A program made the position numbers and the translations under genes. This document shows positions 63,076 to 64,000 of a DNA stretch of 64,000 bases, in pieces (positions within the stretch are counted from its first letter, which is position 1; every line of letters begins with the position of its first letter). This stretch comes from Octopus sinensis (taxonomy: Eukaryota): contig NC_043011.1 of the NCBI RefSeq assembly GCF_006345805.1, positions 17,186,464 through 17,250,463 of the forward strand. Reading direction: 5' to 3'. Under the pieces are notes generated by a model. The model saw only the letters and a list, made by a program, of their open reading frames with translations, was not told the origin of the DNA and made no database searches.

Positions 63076-64000
63076 GGTGATGATTTCTAGAACACTGAGA
63101 AACTATATAGAAGCTTCTTAAATGGTCTTCGATCTCTCATTTGGTCCAGTTATCATGTGGAGTCTCAGATGGAAATTAGTATCTAATGATGAAACTCTTA
63201 GCACCTGTCAAATGTATGACAATTGGTGATAAACCACCAACACAAAGAAAAAAGTAAGTTTGGAATGATAGAGAAGCGAAATTCTGAAAGTTTGGATATG
63301 GCAAAAGACTTTAACTTGAAACACTTCAGAAACTGTAATTGTTGTCTATTATTTCTTGTCTGTAAACTTTATTCGACTTAGTCTTGTTGTGGTTGTTTAA
63401 CACCAAGTTAAACTTGATCCAGCCGATGTAGAATCAACCAGGTTTGATGTGGAGCTAAACAGCACATATGAAATATAATGCACAAAAAAATTTTCTTTCT
63501 AAGTTTCCTCTATTAAACTGAGATTTATTGTTTTGCTTCTGGCTAAAATGAGTTTAAACATTTGAACCTAACTCAGACACTTAGAGCCAGACCACATTAA
63601 TTAAATTATTTCCTCTGCATGTTACATGTTATATACTACTATAACAGTCTACATTATATTCATACTTTCTAAAGTACTTATACTGTCAGAATTATTTATA
63701 CAACAAAACTAATGATATCTATTGAATTAACTTCAGGAATGTAACTGCTACTAATTTTGAATTCCAGAGTAAAGAGACGTAGAGATTGCTTCAGGTTCAC
63801 TGTCAGCTTTGGCATTGGTGCCTGATACAGCTTTACAGATCCTGTTAAACCATCCAACCTCAGCCAGCACCAAAAATGGACGTTTAATGACGGTAAGGAT
63901 TATGATGCTCTGGTTTGGTTTGAACTGGTAATGGAAGGAAATATAACTTAGTATTTTAGTCTTTTACACAACAAATTCTTAACCATACAAGTGCAGACAT

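Noticed and set aside
63770-63895. Exon ending in a strong GTAAGG donor
   Set aside because: Stops in all frames and the sequence aligns with a decayed family C tail.

Overview
Eukaryotic, repeat-dominated intronic or intergenic DNA; no complete host gene can be supported. I infer a coleoid cephalopod, most likely Octopus, from the SINE families and the abundant (TA)n/(TATG)n/(CA)n tracts. Most of the window is about five SINE-like families plus decayed RTE and CR1/L2 LINE fragments, a DD37D (maT) mariner remnant, a hAT remnant, MITEs and microsatellites. The standout is a ~2.87 kb near-perfect palindrome (34854-37727): two 5'-truncated copies of a Penelope-like retroelement (PLE) joined head-to-head. 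Each arm has a GIY-YIG endonuclease C-terminus and a pseudo-LTR with six strictly spaced ATTGG-N12-TGACGT modules, a TATA box, an Inr, a Kozak ATG and a splice donor, so both promoters face outward. It lies inside the internal (TA)n of a SINE, beside a second PLE-like tail with a hammerhead-like motif. A second SINE (TA)n (28765-32225) holds a similar stack, including a near-canonical hammerhead ribozyme (29740-29817, minus) and a fold-back element. Nearly all ORF-track entries are microsatellite or SINE artefacts. Repeat boundaries were read by eye and are approximate.
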